54,236 bases of DNA, filler included, from Piptocephalis cylindrospora (GCA_003614145.1; 3 parts of 3 records of this genome joined end to end with filler, not necessarily neighbours in it); one strand, 5' to 3'. Positions 11,866 through 24,079 are shown, numbered from the whole stretch's first letter. A program made the numbers and translations. The notes: generated from the sequence alone by a model not told the origin.

Positions 11866-12870
11866 CTACAACTCGTCGTGCTTCACATCCTCCTCCTTCT
11901 TGGTAATCTTCGTCTTCTTCTCAGAATCGCCGGTCTTCTTGGTATCCTTCTTCCTTTCCTCGACTTCCTCCTTTTCTTCTACCTCCTCCTTCTCTTCCTC
12001 AACTGCATCCTTCTCTTCGTCAGCCTCTTCCTTCTCCTCCTCTTCCTCAGTCTCCTTCGTCTCCTCCTTCTCTTCGTCAGCCTCTTCCTTCTTTTCCTCA
12101 GCCTCTTCCTTGACTTCCTCATCCTCTTCAGCATCCTTGTCATTCTTCTCCTCGCCCGCGCCGGCCCAATCAGCGGGCATGTCCTGGAGAATCTTGCGGA
12201 CTTCTTCCTCGCTCATGGAATCTTGGCCAGCATCCTTGAGGATGTCCATGATCATCTTGACCTGAGAGTCTATGTCCATGTCCATGTCCATATCGGGAGG
12301 ACCGTCTTCAGTCTTCTCTTCGTCAGCTTCTTCCTTCTCCTCCTCTTCCTTAGTATCCTTCTTTTCCTCAGTCTCTTCCTTCTCTTCCTCTTCCTCAGCC
12401 TCCTTTGTCTCTTCCTTCTCTTCCTCAGCCTCCTCCTTCTCCTCTTCCTCAGCCTCCTCCTTCTCTTCCTCAGCCTCCTCCTTCTCTTCCTCAACTGCAT
12501 TCTTCTCTTCGTCAGCCTCTTCCTTCTTTCCTTCAGCCTCTTCCTTCTCCTCCTCTTCCTCAGCCTCCTTCGTCTCGTCCTTCTCAGCTTCAGCCTTCCC
12601 CTTCTTTTCAGTCTTCTTTTCAGTAGCATCAGCATCTCCTTTAGGATGTTTCTGATACTTATCGATGATAGGAATGACAGGGAACTCCCGATGACGGAAG
12701 GCAGCATCGACCCAATCAGACTTCTCTAGACAAGCCTTGCAAGGAGCACCACGGTCATAGCAGAATTGCTTCAGCTCGGCCAGCTTCATCTTTTGAAAGT
12801 CCCCCCGAGTCAGAGAGAAGACGGGGGTGGCCATCAGAGCGACCAGGGCAATGAGAAGAGAAGCGCGCAT
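11866..12870 (-). CDS. ER-lumenal protein: signal peptide, MANF/ARMET-C (SAP-like) CxxC domain, long acidic repeat region, C-terminal HDEL
   Basis: Signal peptide MRASLLIALVALMATPVFS; FQKMKLAELKQFCYDRGAPCKACLEKSDWV resembles the ARMET C-terminal domain; ends KHDEL. Confidence 0.85.
   Translation of the reverse strand: MRASLLIALVALMATPVFSLTRGDFQKMKLAELKQFCYDRGAPCKACLEKSDWVDAAFRHREFPVIPIIDKYQKHPKGDADATEKKTEKKGKAEAEKDETKEAEEEEEKEEAEGKKEEADEEKNAVEEEKEEAEEEKEEAEEEEKEEAEEEKEETKEAEEEEEKEETEEKKDTKEEEEKEEADEEKTEDGPPDMDMDMDIDSQVKMIMDILKDAGQDSMSEEEVRKILQDMPADWAGAGEEKNDKDAEEDEEVKEEAEEKKEEADEEKEETKETEEEEEKEEADEEKDAVEEEKEEVEEKEEVEERKKDTKKTGDSEKKTKITKKEEDVKHDEL
11960..12570. repeat. Imperfect coding tandem repeats (EEEKEEA/D units)
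   Basis: Recurrent CTCCTTCTCTTCCTCAGC-type units on the + strand encode Glu/Lys-rich repeats on the - strand. Confidence 0.8.
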
Positions 12871-13700
12871 ATTGACTTGTGGGAATTGTCGTGAGGCGAG
12901 TGAGAAAGGGATGAGGCGTGGATTGAAGGGGATGGGTGCTGTTGGGGAAGCGGATGGGGTTGTTGAGGGAAACGGATGTGTCTCTGGGAAGGGCCTTGAA
13001 AGTGATGTGAGATCAGAATGAGGAAGGGGTTGGAGGAAAGGGAATAGAGGAGTGGGCGGAGAGGGAAGGCATGAGAGCGCGCTCCTTTTATAAACTCCCA
13101 GATATTGCTAGAAGAATGGGTGGAGAGTGGCTAGAAGCTTCTGGGAAGCAGCGAGAACAGAAAGCGGAGTTTAGAGTACCTTGATCCGCCCTCTTGTGTA
13201 AAGCGGCAGCATGAGAATCCAGTAAGACCCTGCATAAGAGGCCCTGCCTCTACTGTACGAGCCTTGCACTATAGTGTGGGCTAGTATCACCTTCGCGAAC
13301 ATGAGACACGGAAAGTGAATAAAGGCTTGGCTTTGGAGAGGAGGGTTCAATTATCCGCTTACACAATGTGTGTAGATGCCCCTGTGAGGAAGAGAGGATA
13401 CCTCTATGCTTTAACAGCACTGTGATGCATCACCATAAATAGCGAATTAATGATACCGTTATGCACACACATACACATATGCAAAATGAGCCAAATTTTA
13501 TCCATCTTGGCCAAATTCGTCCTCTTCTTTTGTATCCCAACAGTAATTTTCCCAATACATTTCGCTGTTTACTACTACTTTTGTATCCCAAGCCTCGCTT
13601 TTCCATCCCAGTAATCTTTACTAAAGCACCTTGACCCGTTTCAAAGCCCAAAATCCTCCTGAGCACATACCCTCCTCCCCTCCCTCTCTTCCTCACCATT

Positions 13701-14183
13701 ATGTCTGGAAAGCTTACTCAATCCCTGCATAGGGCACACGCGATCGTGACCCGAGGCTATGCTGCGGCCCCCTCAGCCAACAAGGTAGCGGACGCGGCAG
13801 CAGCGCGAGCTAGGCAGCATTCATTGACCGGGTCTCACAATGAGCTCCTGAAACGCGTCCTCTTTGAACCGGGAGTTCGACCCACGATCCCCTCGAAGCG
13901 AGATGGTGAAGTGATGGAGCAGGAGGAAACGGTGATCAAGCAGGCTTGGGCCCTGGAGCAGGAGCATTTGGAGTCACGTCGGAATGAGGAGAGGAAGCGC
14001 AAGTTCTTGGCCATGAAGGAGGCTCACGACATCCTAAAGCAGGAGAGTGAGACCCTGTACAAGGGAGCTGTTTGGCGGGACGTTGCTCCTCTCTTCCCTC
14101 GGCAGATGCGGATCCCTACCCAGACTCCTCCCAAGGTCATTTGGGATTACACCTGGAAGGCTCCTGATGCCTCTTCTTCCTGA
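13701..14183 (+). CDS. MRPL28: Mitochondrial ribosomal protein mL40 (yeast MRPL28 family)
   Basis: IKQAWAL...RKFLAMKEAHDILK...LFPRQMRIPTQTPPKVIWDYTWK matches the mL40 C-terminal signature; presequence-like N-terminus. Confidence 0.85.
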   Translation: MSGKLTQSLHRAHAIVTRGYAAAPSANKVADAAAARARQHSLTGSHNELLKRVLFEPGVRPTIPSKRDGEVMEQEETVIKQAWALEQEHLESRRNEERKRKFLAMKEAHDILKQESETLYKGAVWRDVAPLFPRQMRIPTQTPPKVIWDYTWKAPDASSS

Positions 14184-14389
14184 GGCGAGAAAGATGTAGC
14201 AGAGAGAAGGAATAGAGAAAAAGAACATGCATGAAATAGCTACTCATTGTACTATTGCGACCTACAATGGCTCACAAAAAAAAAACAAGACCATCCTCTC
14301 ATTCCATTCATCCTTGATCACATACGCCCTTCCACCCCGCCCACATCGTACACAAATACACAGCGTCTCCTCAGACGGCAATCCAGGAG

Positions 14390-17300
14390 TTACCCAGTGA
14401 GAAAGTCTAGGCTCATTTTGCCCTCCTTGTGCTCTGGACCCGGGGATCGAGTGCGTTCTTTCTCCTCCTGACATCGGTATCCGACACATCGGTCGGCATA
14501 GGGTAGGGACTCGATGGCCAACTGGACCTCAGGAAGGTGAAATCCAAAGGGATCGGTGACATAAGGGGCATTGGGAGGAAGGTAGGAGGCGTCGATGACT
14601 TGACGAGTGACCTGGGCCCACACATCCTCCGAGTTCCGGGAGGTCCAACGACGGGAGGGCCACTCCTCGGAGGAAACGGAGAAGATGGGGGAGGCATCAG
14701 GGCCCTCCAGGACCTCACTAAAGTACCGGACATATCGACCATCCGAGCAGGAAGGATACATGCGGGAAAGGGCATATCCCAAGGGGAAGATGTGATCGGC
14801 GGTCCAATAGGCCGGGCAATTCCACTGAATGTCGCCCAAACGATGAAGGATGATCCCTTGGGCCTGGGGCCCAATGAAGGCAGGGAGTTCCCAGTGACCG
14901 GGGGTGGGCCCGGTTTGACGGAGGAAGGGAGCGACATGCACATCTGGGGGGACAGAGGAGGAGGAGGAGGGAGTAGTGGAGGAGGTGGATGAAGCAGATG
15001 GTCTGGAATGGATCATGGACCCGGAGGACGGATCCATTCGACTCGATCCCTGGGAGATGGAGTCATGAGGGAGAGGGGCATGGTAGGTCGAATCGTGAAT
15101 GGGGAGCCCACGTCCAATAGGATGTCTAATGGTGGTGGGAGAAGTAGGTCTTCCCTGATGGGGAGGAGGCATAACCTTCGCCTCCTCCTCGGGACCAGCT
15201 GACCTTGGGCCCGAGGACCCGGACACTCGTTCTAATTTCTCGACGCGCTTCAAGCACCGATCGGCGTGAGGAAGGGATCCGAGGATCTCCTGGATGACGG
15301 GGTTGGTAAGGCCAAAGTAATGGGATCCACGGACCTGGATGGGCCTACGAAGACCCCCGGCGCCACCAGCCTGACCTGCCGCTTCAAAGACACGGTCCCA
15401 GGCTGCGGTGGGAGAAGAGCCCACCCAGACGGAATCGGGCTCGTCCTCGGCGGTGACGCGGAAAGAGGGAGCCCGACCCTCGGGATCACCGGGGACGATC
15501 TCACAGGTAAATTTAACGCGAACTGGACCATGATTCAGGGAGGAGTAAAATCGTTGAATGCAGTAGCCATCAGGATAGATGGTGTGTTTAGTGTGCCAGC
15601 CCGGGTGCTGCCATACGACCCGACCAAGAGACCGAACAACAAATCGATCCAGACCACGGCCTACGACAAAGGGCACCGAGGGACCTGTCCGATCCGACTC
15701 GGAATCCGATCGAATCAAGGAGGCAACGTCGTTTCCATCCAATTGAGGATACTCATTCCACTGCTCATTCCATTGAGCCTCGGTCTGCCACTGAACCTGA
15801 TCCTGGGCACCTGGTGAGGGCTCCCTGGGTAGATCTGCTGCCTTTCTCCCGCCCCTCCCACCCCGCTTCCCACCCCGCTTCCCTCCACGGGTAGTACTGA
15901 CAGCGGTGGAGCCCGTGCCTTTTTTCTTCTCCTTGGTGACCTTTCCCTGGGCAGCGGACTTGGATTGAGTAGCAGAAGAGGGGGCCTTCTTCTTTGTACC
16001 CTTTTTGGTCATGCGCTTAGAACCCTTCCCATCCTTCGTGCCATTCAGCTCCTTTTCATCCTCCCCTTCCACAGGTTCCTCCCCGTCTTCCTCCTCTTCC
16101 TCCTCATCATCCTCTCTTACAGCCTCCCCCCCACGTTCTGGATGATCATCTCCCTCCCAGACTTGTCGAATGTACCTTCGACACCTCCGGGCATTGGGAA
16201 GGCTCTGGACAGCATCGAGGATGGAGGGATCGGCCAGACCAAACATGACTGGTCCGGAAGTGTGAGTTCGTGTTCCATCATTCCTTCCCACTAGCTCATC
16301 CACCACCTTTCTCCAAGCCCCCGATGTGGACATGGCGCTCCATTCTACCCCGGGTCGATCTGATGCCTTGATGACAAACTAGACGAAGGAAAGGGGGGTG
16401 AGAAAATGATCTAAGAGAGGGTAAACAAAGGCACTGGATGTCACGTCCGCCATTATGACTTACCAAAGGACCCTTGTCCCCGCGCCGAATCTCATTTGTG
16501 TACATAACTCGTTGAGTGGGATGAATGGTGGAGGGATAGGACCGCTCACTGCGAAAGCCCACGGGGAAGATGTACCGGGAGGAGTGGAAGGAATCCTTCC
16601 TCCATTCAATTTGACCCAGATCATGCAGGATGACCTCCTCCACACCCTTGCCCACAGCCACAGGCAGGAGGATGTTGCCTTGACGATCCCGAGGAAGAGG
16701 ATCGCGAACCTTAGGGTCAGTCCTCTCCTCTCTCTTGCCCTGACGACGCTTCTTCCTCTCCAGGGGCTCCTCGGGGGGAGGGTGATCGGGTCGACGCCGA
16801 CGCCGACGTCCCGAGCGGCTTTCCAATTTCATGGAATCATCATGATCAGAGTGAATGTGATGATCTTCACGGTCCTCCTCATCCTCATGCTCTTCTCTCT
16901 CCTCCTCCTCCTCCTCATCATGATCCTCCTCCATGACCGAATGGGAAGGTAGTGTCTCCTGCTCGCCGTTCTGATCATGGGATAGCCTTCTGGATCGACG
17001 AGAGGCCCTGGTGATTCCGTTGAGGGATCTAATGGAAGTGTGGCCCTTTCCTCCCCGTTTGCCCGATACCTTGGTGACGAAACCCAAGGAAGCTGGGTCC
17101 CCGGAGGGATGAGCGGGACGCCTCCCCCGTTTCCTTCCATGGCGGGTGGATTCTTCAGGTATTTGATCCTCACTCTCAGTTCCCGAATCCGATGGCTCCA
17201 AGTGCTCAATCTGGAACATTTCCCGTAGCTGACGCCGAACACGTCTTGATCCTCTTGCCTGGATCACTTCTCCTTCCTGAGCCCCCTCCTTTGTTAAGAT

Positions 17301-17693
17301 TTCCTCCGCCGCCTTGGCCCCCTCTCTTGCCTCAACTCCCTCCTCATCCAAAAGATCCTCCTCCCCGGAGGACACGACATCGTACCCCTTCAACTCAAGC
17401 ATGATATCGAGGAGATGGGTCTTTTCGCTACCTAGACGGCTCAGGTCAGTGCGTACCCGCTGTAGCCGTTGCTTCAGCTGGCCCTGTTCTTGCTGTAGGG
17501 CAAAGAAGTAGTCCCGGACAGACATGTACCGATCCTTGAAGGGTATTTTTGGCGTGGCGGTTGGATTGAGATGGGCAGGGGCGGATGGGGATCTCTCTTT
17601 GTCCTGCTCCTCCACCACTCGAACAGTATCGAGAGTAGAAGGAGGGCCGGAGGGCGGGAGATCTTGATGTGGATCCAGGGCCCGAGTAGCCAT
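14390..17693 (-). CDS. TBRG1-like nuclear protein with N-terminal coiled coil and three FYRN/FYRC domains; 2 exons (intron 16379-16463)
   Basis: Three repeats of the LG.I/V.W...I(F/Y)P.G(F/Y)...R.Y.S...W...FG....I..LP.A.RC pattern. A GTAAGT...CTAG intron joins ORF 16296..17693 in frame to ORF 14390..16333. Confidence 0.88.
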
Positions 17694-18110
17694 TGCAGTG
17701 AGGAGGAAAGAGGGGGAAATTCAGAGAAGTGGGTGATGCGGAAGAAATCCGTAATGCAGCCGATCAGGATGAATGCCCAAAGGTCAACAAAGAGAGGGGA
17801 GGACAAATGGTATAATAGAGAATGTGTTGGTGGTCAAAGGGAAAAGGACGTGGAGTCGAGATGGGAGAGGATGTGTGGGAGAGGAGGAGAGGGAGGGAGG
17901 GGGGAGGGAAGAAGGGGCGTGAAAAGGAGGGAGCACCTGGGTGGGTGTATATATATAGTCAAAGGGGGGTGAGAGGGAAAAAGGGAAAGTGACCGAGAGA
18001 GGCTGGGAGGTTGGGGGAGAGAGAGGGAGGGGGGGAGGGGGGGTAGTGGTGGGGTGAATCCGGGAGAGACAGGGAAGAGAGGAGACGGAGAGAGGCACGG
18101 GGACCTCGAG

Positions 18111-18210
18111 NNNNNNNNNNNNNNNNNNNNNNNNNNNNNNNNNNNNNNNNNNNNTTAATTAATTAANNNNNNNNNNNNNNNNNNNNNNNNNNNNNNNNNN
18201 NNNNNNNNNN
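18111..18210. other. Artificial contig linker (N run / TTAATTAATTAA / N run, 100 nt)
   Basis: N runs flank a palindromic spacer with stop codons in all six frames. Confidence 0.97.
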
Positions 18211-20969
18211 TGAGGAAGGGAGAAGAATGAGAGACCGAGTTCGGAAGCGGGTACGACAGCAAAGAGGCCTTTTCACGATGGGCAAGGAGGAGGGAAAGGG
18301 GAAGGCGCCTCTCGGCTCACTTCAAGAACCTCAGGGGTCCCAAGAAGGCCAGGAGGGCGATGTGGTGGCAACCGAGGTAAGTCTGGCCGTTGAAGATACG
18401 GACGAGAAGGGGACGGATAGTGAAGAAGATGAGGTGAATACGGATGAGGGCAAGGGCTCTACCGCAGGAAAAATCAAGGACCTTCAACGAGACCTGGTTG
18501 ACTCTGACCCTACGTCAAGACGGGCTTCATTACGGGAAGGATCTTTGAATTTTGAGGAAGACTTCTTTGGAGAGCCTGAAGAAGGTGAAGGGACAGAATC
18601 TCATACAGAGACGGAGGAAGATGACGCTGTTCATGTACGGGTTATTGAGGAAGACTTGGAAGAGGTGGTGGAAGAGGAGGGAGGGGGCGTGGTTCTTCAG
18701 GAGGATAAACACGAGGGAATTCTTTTCCATGAGAAGCCCAATCGAAGCTCCACCCAGGAAGGGATCAGAATAACTCGATCAAGATCTTCCCGCTCTACAG
18801 CTTCTCTAGAGCGAAAACACACGCGCTCTCATCCGGAGGTACAGATCAAGACAGATGCGGACGGAGGGATTGTTCGTGTCCTTGATGATGCGATCCTTCC
18901 ATCCGGGATGGACCAAAACTTACTGGAGGTAGATGATGACTATTTCACCAGACCCAAAATCGCGCCTATTCATCCAAAGAATGGGGGGGGAGGGGAATAG
19001 GATCAGGCGGGGCGGAGGAAAGCACCGCTGGATACTTCGGGGAGCCAATGTGCAAGTCTCTTTGTATGATGGGATGGACTGGTCGACTGGGGATGAAGGA
19101 GGGCAGACAGTCAAGGAAGGCTGTAGTCGGGGCCAGCAGGCCCTCCTCGTTACCCAGATCACCGGTCTTAAAGGTCACCTTGTCTCTTCCAAAGGGCGTG
19201 GGCCACGGGATCCTGTTCCTTCCGTAAGGGTTGGCCTATGGATGCGGGATGTCCAAGTTCTTGACCGAGTCCCTACGTCAGTGTGGAAGAAGTTTATGAC
19301 ACGCATGCGCGGGGTCTATGAGGAAGAATGGATGGTCCGGGTCAAGCTGGAGTCGGTTCGACCCTACAAGGAGAATCGAAAGCTAGAAGAGCTGCGTATT
19401 CGGGTAGGTGCTATGATGTTGGAATTGAAGAGATTTGTGGCATCGTAAATGGACAACACGCTGCCCCAATTCACTCGCTGACTCCCTTTCTCTGATATCC
19501 TAGGCCAAAATCCTCCCATTAAGGTTTCATGTGGATCAGGATACGCTCAACTTTACTCTGTCCTTCCTCCTCAGCGCCATGGCCCATAGGGAGGGTATGG
19601 GATGGAAGGACACCTCCAGGGACGGGGAAAGGGAAGGTGGGAGATATGGAGAAACGGATGGACCGACCATCTCTTCTCGAGTTCAAATTGAACCTGAGGA
19701 CGAATCATTTATTCGTAAGCACTTCTTTTGAGTCGATTCCGGATGAGAAAACCAATACTTATCACTTCTCGAATACCATTTTTACGTAGAACTCTTTGAT
19801 ATGAAGCCCCTGAGGCTTAAGGTCGATTATAAGCCCAAGAGAGTGGACTATCGTAGTCTACGGCATGGACAGTTCCTTGAGCTGGTTAATATCTTCCAGC
19901 TGGATGCAGCAGAAATGACCCTTCAGGGTGTCCGCCTGAGCGGTGTATACGGATGGGCTCGACTGGCCCGATCCTTGGTAGAACAATGGATACCCCATGT
20001 GAGGGACACGCAAGTGCCTGGTCTAGTGGGTGGAGTGGCCCCCCTTCGTTCTCTGGTCAACCTGGGGACTGGGGTGGCCGATCTGATCCTCTTGCCCATC
20101 GAGCAATATCGCAAGGATGGGCGGGTAATTCGAGGTGAGTTACTCTCTTTTTTCTTTGTCATAGGGTTTAGTAGCAGTATGCGTCTACCTCTCTGGCCCT
20201 CCTTTGACTCACATTCCTATTATGCTGAACATGTAAAGGTCTACAGAAGGGCGCACATTCTTTTGTACGGGCAACAGCCATGGAGGCCTTGAAGCTTGGT
20301 ACAAGATTGGCAGTAGGAACGCAGGTTATGCTGGAGCAAGCAGATGATATCCTTCGGTCGGATGGTGGGGTCAGGAGAGGGCAGGGGTCTAGGTCCTCAG
20401 ATCCCATGGGGCCTGGTCAGGAAGGGGATGGGGTGATGGTTGAGAATAGAGGGGATGATGGGGTGAGTCGGGCGACCACGGCAGGATTTGACACGGAGTT
20501 TTCCATTGGGGACTTTGGTGATCTTCTCTACCTTCAGGAAGAGACGAACGATTCTAATGAGGCCTTGTCTATCTCTTCCACCAGCAAATTTGCCTCTCCC
20601 CCTTCTGGTCTCACTGAAGGTCTAGAGCAGGCTTACCGATCACTTTCCCGAAATATGGGTATGGCAGCCCATACGATCTTCGCGGTGCCGATGGAAGTAT
20701 ATGAACAAACAGGGACTTCGGTAAGGGTTTTGCGAGAATGGAGAGCTTGTCTGGGGGCTTGGTGGGTCTTGAAGACACACCCATTTCTCACCATATCACA
20801 TCGTCCTTCATACTGATAGGGAACGGCAAGGGCGGTGGTCAAGGCAGTTCCAGTAGCCATTCTCCGTCCAATGATCGGAGCATCTGAGGCCTTTTCCAAA
20901 ACCTTGATGGGACTGCGAACTAGTGTGGATCCATCACAGAGGGCCGAGATGGAGGACAAGTACAAGTGA
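18211..20969 (+). CDS. ATG2: Autophagy-related protein 2, 3' part; 5' end lost at the gap; apparent +1 frameshift at G8 18983-18990
   Basis: Motifs VSLYDGMDW, LPLRFHVDQDTLNF, LKVDYKPKRVDYRSL, APLRSLVNLGTGVADLILLPIEQYRKDGR, AVPVAILRPMIGASEA and C-terminal EDKYK*. Confidence 0.92.
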
Positions 20970-21525
20970 ACGATTCGATGAGATGGAATGGGTGGGTTCT
21001 CTTTTGCCTTCTCGTCCAGATTTATCTTCCTACATCGTCGTGGTGATACAATTTATCTTTTACTTTTTGTTGTATTTATGCAATGGGATTACCTTGCATA
21101 AGAGTGATCGTTGACGAAGGGGATAATTGGTTTTGAATCACGATACTAGAGCTTGGCAACGGGGGGTCCTCCCTCGGAATCGTAGCCTTCAAGCGCGTCG
21201 TTATATATATGTGATGACAGATACAGACATGTATCGGGATATCGACGGAGATGGGGCCACACGGTATGCACATCACCAGTCGTCCGCAATGCGGGTCCTC
21301 CCGGCTGAATTGCTTGCGAGGAGAGAATGAGCGGGACACGAAGGGGCACAGAAATAGTGTCATTGAGGGAGTGCACGCCCTCCCCACTTCCACCACCGCC
21401 GACAAACGGCCGAGAGGTAAAAGGGAGCGTTGGGGTTGGGGGATTCCCCAGGAACCCCGTCGTTCCTCTCAGGTTCCCCCCCCCTTCCTCTCTTTTCATA
21501 CTATCCTTTGCAAACCCCTCGACCT

Positions 21526-22756
21526 ATGAGCCCTTTTTCCTTACTTCAGGCTGGTAGGGCAACTTCGCAGGGACTCCTCTCTCGTCCCCTCGCCAGATAC
21601 TTGGCCTCTAAGGCTCCGACACCCAAGACTGGAGTTCTTCTGATGAATCTGGGAGGGCCTAAGGATGAAAAGGAGGTCTTTTCGTTCCTGCACCGACTGT
21701 TCTCGGATCCAGACCTCATTCCATTGCCTTTCCAGTCCCGTATTGCCCCGTGGATCGCACGACGCAGAACACCACAGATCGTGGAGCAATACAACGCGAT
21801 TGGCGGGGGCTCTCCGATTCTGGATTGGACTCGTAGACAGGGTCAAGCCTTAGAGAAGCGGATGGACGTACTGGCCCCAGAGAGCGCACCACACAAGGTA
21901 TATATCGGTATGCGGTACGCGAAGCCCTTGACGGAGGAGGCGGTAGAGGAGATGGTGCAGGATGGTGTGGAACGAGCCGTGGCGTTTACGCAATACCCGC
22001 AGTATAGCTGCTCCACCACAGGATCATCGTTGAACGAGCTACGTCGGCAATTGGAGACACATGATCCTGAAAGGAGGATTCGCTGGTCGATCCTGGATCG
22101 ATGGGCCGATGATACTGGGCTTCTGAAAGCTGTCTCCAAACGCATTACCCAAGCTCTCCAGACGTATCCAGAGGAGGAGAGAGACAGTGTGGTTCTCCTC
22201 TTTTCGGCCCACTCCCTTCCCATGTCTGTGGTTAATCGAGGAGATCCATATCCGGCCGAGGTGGCTGACACGGTGGCCGGGGTGATGCGGATGCTGGGAC
22301 GGAAGAATCCCTACCGACTGGTCTGGCAAAGTCAGGTGGGGCCATCAGCCTGGTTAGGGGCCCAGACGTCCGATGCCATCAAGGGCTATGGCAAGCAAGG
22401 GATCCGTAATCTCTTGGTTGTCCCCATCGCCTTTACAAGCGATCACATTGAGACATTGTATGAGCTGGATCTTGAGTATGGTCATGTTGCAAAAGAGGTA
22501 TGTGCTTTTCTGAGAATTAGAGGAAGGATGAGATTACTCTCAAACTCACCATCATTCATCTCGACAGGCCGGTGTAACGGGATACAAGAGGGTGGAGAGC
22601 TTGAATGATATGCCAGAGTTCATCGAGGGGATGGCCTCCCTCTTAAAGGGGCACTTGGCGTCCGGGATGAAAAGTACGGGGAAGCAACTTTCCCTCCAAT
22701 GCCCTTCCTGCGAGAAGGATGTGTGTCGTATGACCAAGAATTATTTTGAACAGTGA
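21526..22756 (+). CDS. HEM15: Mitochondrial ferrochelatase, 2 exons (intron 22498-22567)
   Basis: Motifs TGVLLMNLGGP, IGGGSPI, QYPQYSCSTTGSS, LFSAHSLP, WQSQVGP and AFTSDHIETLYELD; C-terminal CPSCEKDVC. Confidence 0.97.
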
Positions 22757-22918
22757 AGGATGGGGCAGGCGATGGAAAAGCCCGGTAAGGATGACAAGGG
22801 GCGATTGATGGTGAAGCTCATGAAGACTACATACACTGCTTTTTTCTTTCTAGTTCGTTGATGACGCATGACTCTAGTATTGACACAGAGATAAAAGAAA
22901 GGTCGTGACCAAGAGGGA

Positions 22919-24079
22919 TCACGAAGGAAGGGAGGAATGGATGCGAACTACATCGTCCAGGCTTTCTAACCTCTCAATCCAAGTCTCGGCTCTTTCTAGC
23001 TCTTCAGGGGTCAATTCTGGGGATTCACTGGTGGGTAGGTAGGTACCATTCATGCCACACACTTCAAATCCCTCCTTGGTCAAAGTTAAGGCCAATGGAT
23101 GCATGTCCTGGAAGGGGCATTGAATCTAATGATGGAAGAGGGGAAATGAATGAATGGGATGAGGGAGAAAAAGATCAGAAACCTTACCTCTATGATGGGC
23201 GGGCCCGAGCTCTCATCACCATCTTCAACCACATCAACATCCTCGGCTCCAAGGTCAATGGCTGCTTCCATCATGCTCTCCACGTCCTTGCCCGTAGAGC
23301 CCGAGGTAAATTGAATGCATCCTAGAAAACAAAACTGTAAGCACATTCTCGAGGAATGACTACCTTCTTCATCACCCTTCTCCGCCTTACCTTTGCGTTC
23401 AAACATCCAACCCACTGAGGCCATGACCCCATCACCCTCTTTTAGGGCATGTCGAATGGCCTTGATGGTCCTATTGGGATTGTCGGTCACCGCTTCACTG
23501 TCATTGAAATGGCGGATGAGTTGGTTGGTTGGTTGGGATGGTAGTGCATTCTGATGCGGTAGGAGACCGCCGCACTTACATGACCAAGGCAATGCCCTTA
23601 AATCCCGTGGCTTCATACACCACATCTTTGGAATCCTGACCACTTTCTGGATTGGTGGCCTGTATCAAAGAAGAGGTATGAGCATATAGAGAGGAAGGGT
23701 CCAGATGATCGGCTATACCTTACGAATGGCCGTTTCTAGGCTAGACTTGGGGAAATCCATCCGTGTGGCTTCGGCCAGCGCAGCTGCGTATCTCGGATTC
23801 ACCCCGGGATCAGCTCCTCCCTCTAGTCACCGACGGAAGATTGAGGCTGTGAGCGCGAAAGCCTACGGAGATAGTGCATATCAGAAAGCAGTAAAACGTA
23901 CGTCGAATAGAGGAGATGATCCTCAAGGACATTTTGGAAAAAAGAACGCTCCGTTGCTGGTCCGCGGCGAATTTTCCGCGCTTGATCTTGGACCATTTGT
24001 TGTGACCAGCCCATCTCCTCGAGTAGAGCGCGCAGGAGGAAAGGGGAGAAGTGGGTATATGTCTGGTCCAGCGAAGCAT
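22919..24079 (-). CDS. TACO1: TACO1/YebC-family protein, multi-exon
   Basis: WAGHNKWSKIKRGK N-terminal signature, YEATG, TDNPNRT, VGWMFERKG, AIDLGAEDV and LESLDDVVRIHS. Confidence 0.92.

Noticed and set aside
11696..12729. Long overlapping Ser-, Leu- or Arg-rich ORFs
   Set aside because: Shadow frames of the Glu/Lys repeat region of the HDEL protein
13130..13150. Heat-shock-element-like GAAGCTTC upstream of the ER protein
   Set aside because: Only two perfect nGAAn units, which can arise by chance
18155..18166. Palindromic TTAATTAATTAA inside N runs (also 36306-36317)
   Set aside because: Synthetic six-frame stop linker inserted between contigs, not biological
21211..21308. Possible C/D box snoRNA (GTGATGA ... 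CTGA) upstream of ferrochelatase
   Set aside because: No convincing terminal stem and no rRNA-complementary guide that I can recognise; needs a snoscan or Rfam search
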